A DNA stretch of 64,000 bases from Chrysemys picta bellii (Eukaryota), in contig NC_088797.1 in the NCBI RefSeq assembly GCF_011386835.1, positions 30,504,001 to 30,568,000 on the forward strand, in the 5' to 3' direction. The position numbers were made by a program, and so were the translations under genes. Shown here piece by piece: positions 62,376 to 64,000 of the stretch. The notes beneath the pieces were generated by a model, which searched no databases, was not told where the DNA came from, and saw only the letters and a list, made by a program, of their open reading frames with translations. Each line of letters starts with the position of its first letter. Within the stretch, counting starts at the first letter, position 1.

Positions 62376-62669
62376 TCTAATAAATTTGTTAGTCTCTAAG
62401 GTGCCACAAGTACTCCTGTTCTTCTTTTTGCGGATACAGACTAACACGGCTGCTACTCTGAAACCCACCTCTGACAGTGGCCAGTACAAGATGCTTCAGA
62501 GGAAGTTGTGAGAGCCCCGTGGTGGGCAGATGTTGGGTAACCTGTTTTCCATGAACATCTGATCCTAACCCTCTACTAGAGATCAGCTTAAGCCCTGAAT
62601 CCTGAGGGTTTAGCTCCCATCCAAAATCTTTGTTAGGGAGGTTTTGTTACTCTGCCTTTGGCACTTATA

Positions 62670-63946
62670 TGACAAGTACTGAAAAACTGTCAGATTCTGG
62701 GGTCCACAAATCCAGGTGATGTTACTAGATTGGAGAGGATTCAGAGAAGAGCCCCGAGAATGATTAAAGGATTGGAAACAGTGCCTTATAATGAGATACT
62801 CCAGGAGCTCTGTCTGTTTAGCTTACTGAAAGTTAAGGTGTGATTTGGTTACAATCTATAGCAGGGGTGGGAAAACTTTTTGGCCCAAGGGCCACATCTG
62901 GGTATGGAAATTTTATGCCGGGCCATGAATGCTCACAAAATTGGGGGCTGGGGTGCGGGGGGGGGGGGGGGTGAGGGCTCTGGCTGAGATGTGGGCTGTG
63001 GAGTGGGGCCAGAAATGGGGAGTTCAGGGTGCGGGAGGGAGCTCTAGGCTGGGGCAGAGGGTTGGAGTGCAGGGAGTGGGGAGGGCTTCAGCTGGGGGTG
63101 CGAGCTCTTGGGTGGGGCTGGGGATGAGGGGTTTGGGGGTGCAGGAGGGTGCTCTGGGCTGGGACCGAGAGGTTTGGAGGGCAGGAGGGGGATCAGGGCT
63201 GGGTCAGGAGTGCAGGCTCCGGGTGGCTCTTGCCACTGCTTCCAGGAGCTGCTTGAGGTATATTCCCCCCTCCGGCTCCTATGCAGAAGCATGGCCAGGT
63301 GCCTCTGCGTGCTGCCAGGTCCGCAGGCGCCGCTCCTGCAGCTCCCATTGGCTGCAGTTCCTGGCCAATGGGAGCTGTGGGGGAGGCACTTGGTGCAGGG
63401 GCAGCGGGTGGAACCCTCTGGCTCCCCCTACATATAGGAGCCGGAGGGGGGACATGCCGCTGTTTCCGGGAGCCATGGCATGCGTGGAGCGGGACAAGAC
63501 CCGGACCCTGCTCCCCGGCGGGAGCTTGAGGGCCGGATTAAAACATTTGAAGAGCCGGATTTGGCCCCTGGGCCATAGTTTGCTCACCCCGGTGTATAGG
63601 AACCTACATGGGGAACAGAAGTTTGATGGTAAAGGTCTCTTTAATCTAGGAGACAAAGGTCCAATAAGATCCAATGGCTGGAAGATGAAGTGAGATAAAT
63701 TTTGACTGGAAAATAAGGCACAGATTTGTATCAGTGAGGGTGATTAACCACTGGAACAACTTCCCAAGGGGAGTGGTGGATTCTCCATTATTAGTTGTGT
63801 TTTAAATCAAGATTGGCTGTTTTACTAAAAGATCTGCTCTGGTTCAACCAGGAATTAATTCAGGGCTGTCCTATGGGGCCTTTGTTATACTGGAGGTCAG
63901 ACTAGACAATTAAAGTGGTCCCTTCTGGTCTTACAATCTATGAATC
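62670..63946 (+). mobile_element. CR1 3' fragment interrupted by a hAT element
   Basis: Distal ORF2 and 3' UTR ending GGTCCCTTCTGGTCTTACAATCTATGAATC; contiguous across 62862-63591. Confidence 0.75.
62862..63591. mobile_element. Non-autonomous hAT DNA transposon
   Basis: TIR-like ends CAGGGGTGGGAAAACT / AGTTTGCTCACCCCG; 8-bp TSD-like ATCTATAG / GTGTATAG. Confidence 0.75.
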
Positions 63947-64000
63947 CACTGTTCTAGCTCTGGACATTCTCGTTAGAAATACACCGCTACCTCGATATAA

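Larger units (their letters stand above)
62012..62463 (+). mobile_element. Young non-autonomous Penelope-like retroelement insertion with perfect inverted arms
   Basis: Arms 62011-62174 and 62267-62430 are exact reverse complements (164 bp). There is a 33-nt tail at 62431-62463 and a 12-bp TSD CCCACCTCTGAC at 62000-62011 and 62464-62475. Confidence 0.88.

Noticed and set aside
62929-63693. 254-aa ORF on +
   Set aside because: It lies mostly in the GC-rich interior of a hAT MITE and runs into CR1; it is low-complexity with no gene structure.

Overview
Vertebrate genomic DNA, most likely a turtle (inferred from the repeat families), syntenic with human 11q13.1. I traced five protein-coding genes exon by exon, with GT-AG junctions and consistent phases: NUDT22 (+, 290 aa), TRPT1 (+, 237 aa), FERMT3/kindlin-3 (-, 659 aa), STIP1/Hop (-, 543 aa) and the first three exons of MACROD1 (+, partial). 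The first exon of an unidentified minus-strand gene lies at about 3.0 kb. The rest is CR1 LINE fragments, MIR/CORE-type SINEs and tandem arrays of their tRNA-like heads, hAT MITEs with 8-bp TSDs, two solo LTRs, minisatellites and four Penelope-like retroelement remnants. Main observations: (1) a young Penelope insertion with perfect 164-bp inverted arms, each carrying a minimal type I hammerhead ribozyme motif; three independent insertions share the same inversion breakpoint. (2) NUDT22 is inverted relative to the mammalian head-to-head TRPT1/NUDT22 pair. (3) TRPT1 and FERMT3 probably overlap at their 3' ends. (4) The STIP1 promoter has a CCAAT array with roughly 42-bp period and an embedded heat-shock element. 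(5) ZNF143 motifs occur at both the TRPT1 and MACROD1 promoters, a writer/eraser pair for nucleic-acid ADP-ribosylation. Homology calls rest on remembered protein and repeat sequences, not database searches. Regulatory calls are motif-level only.
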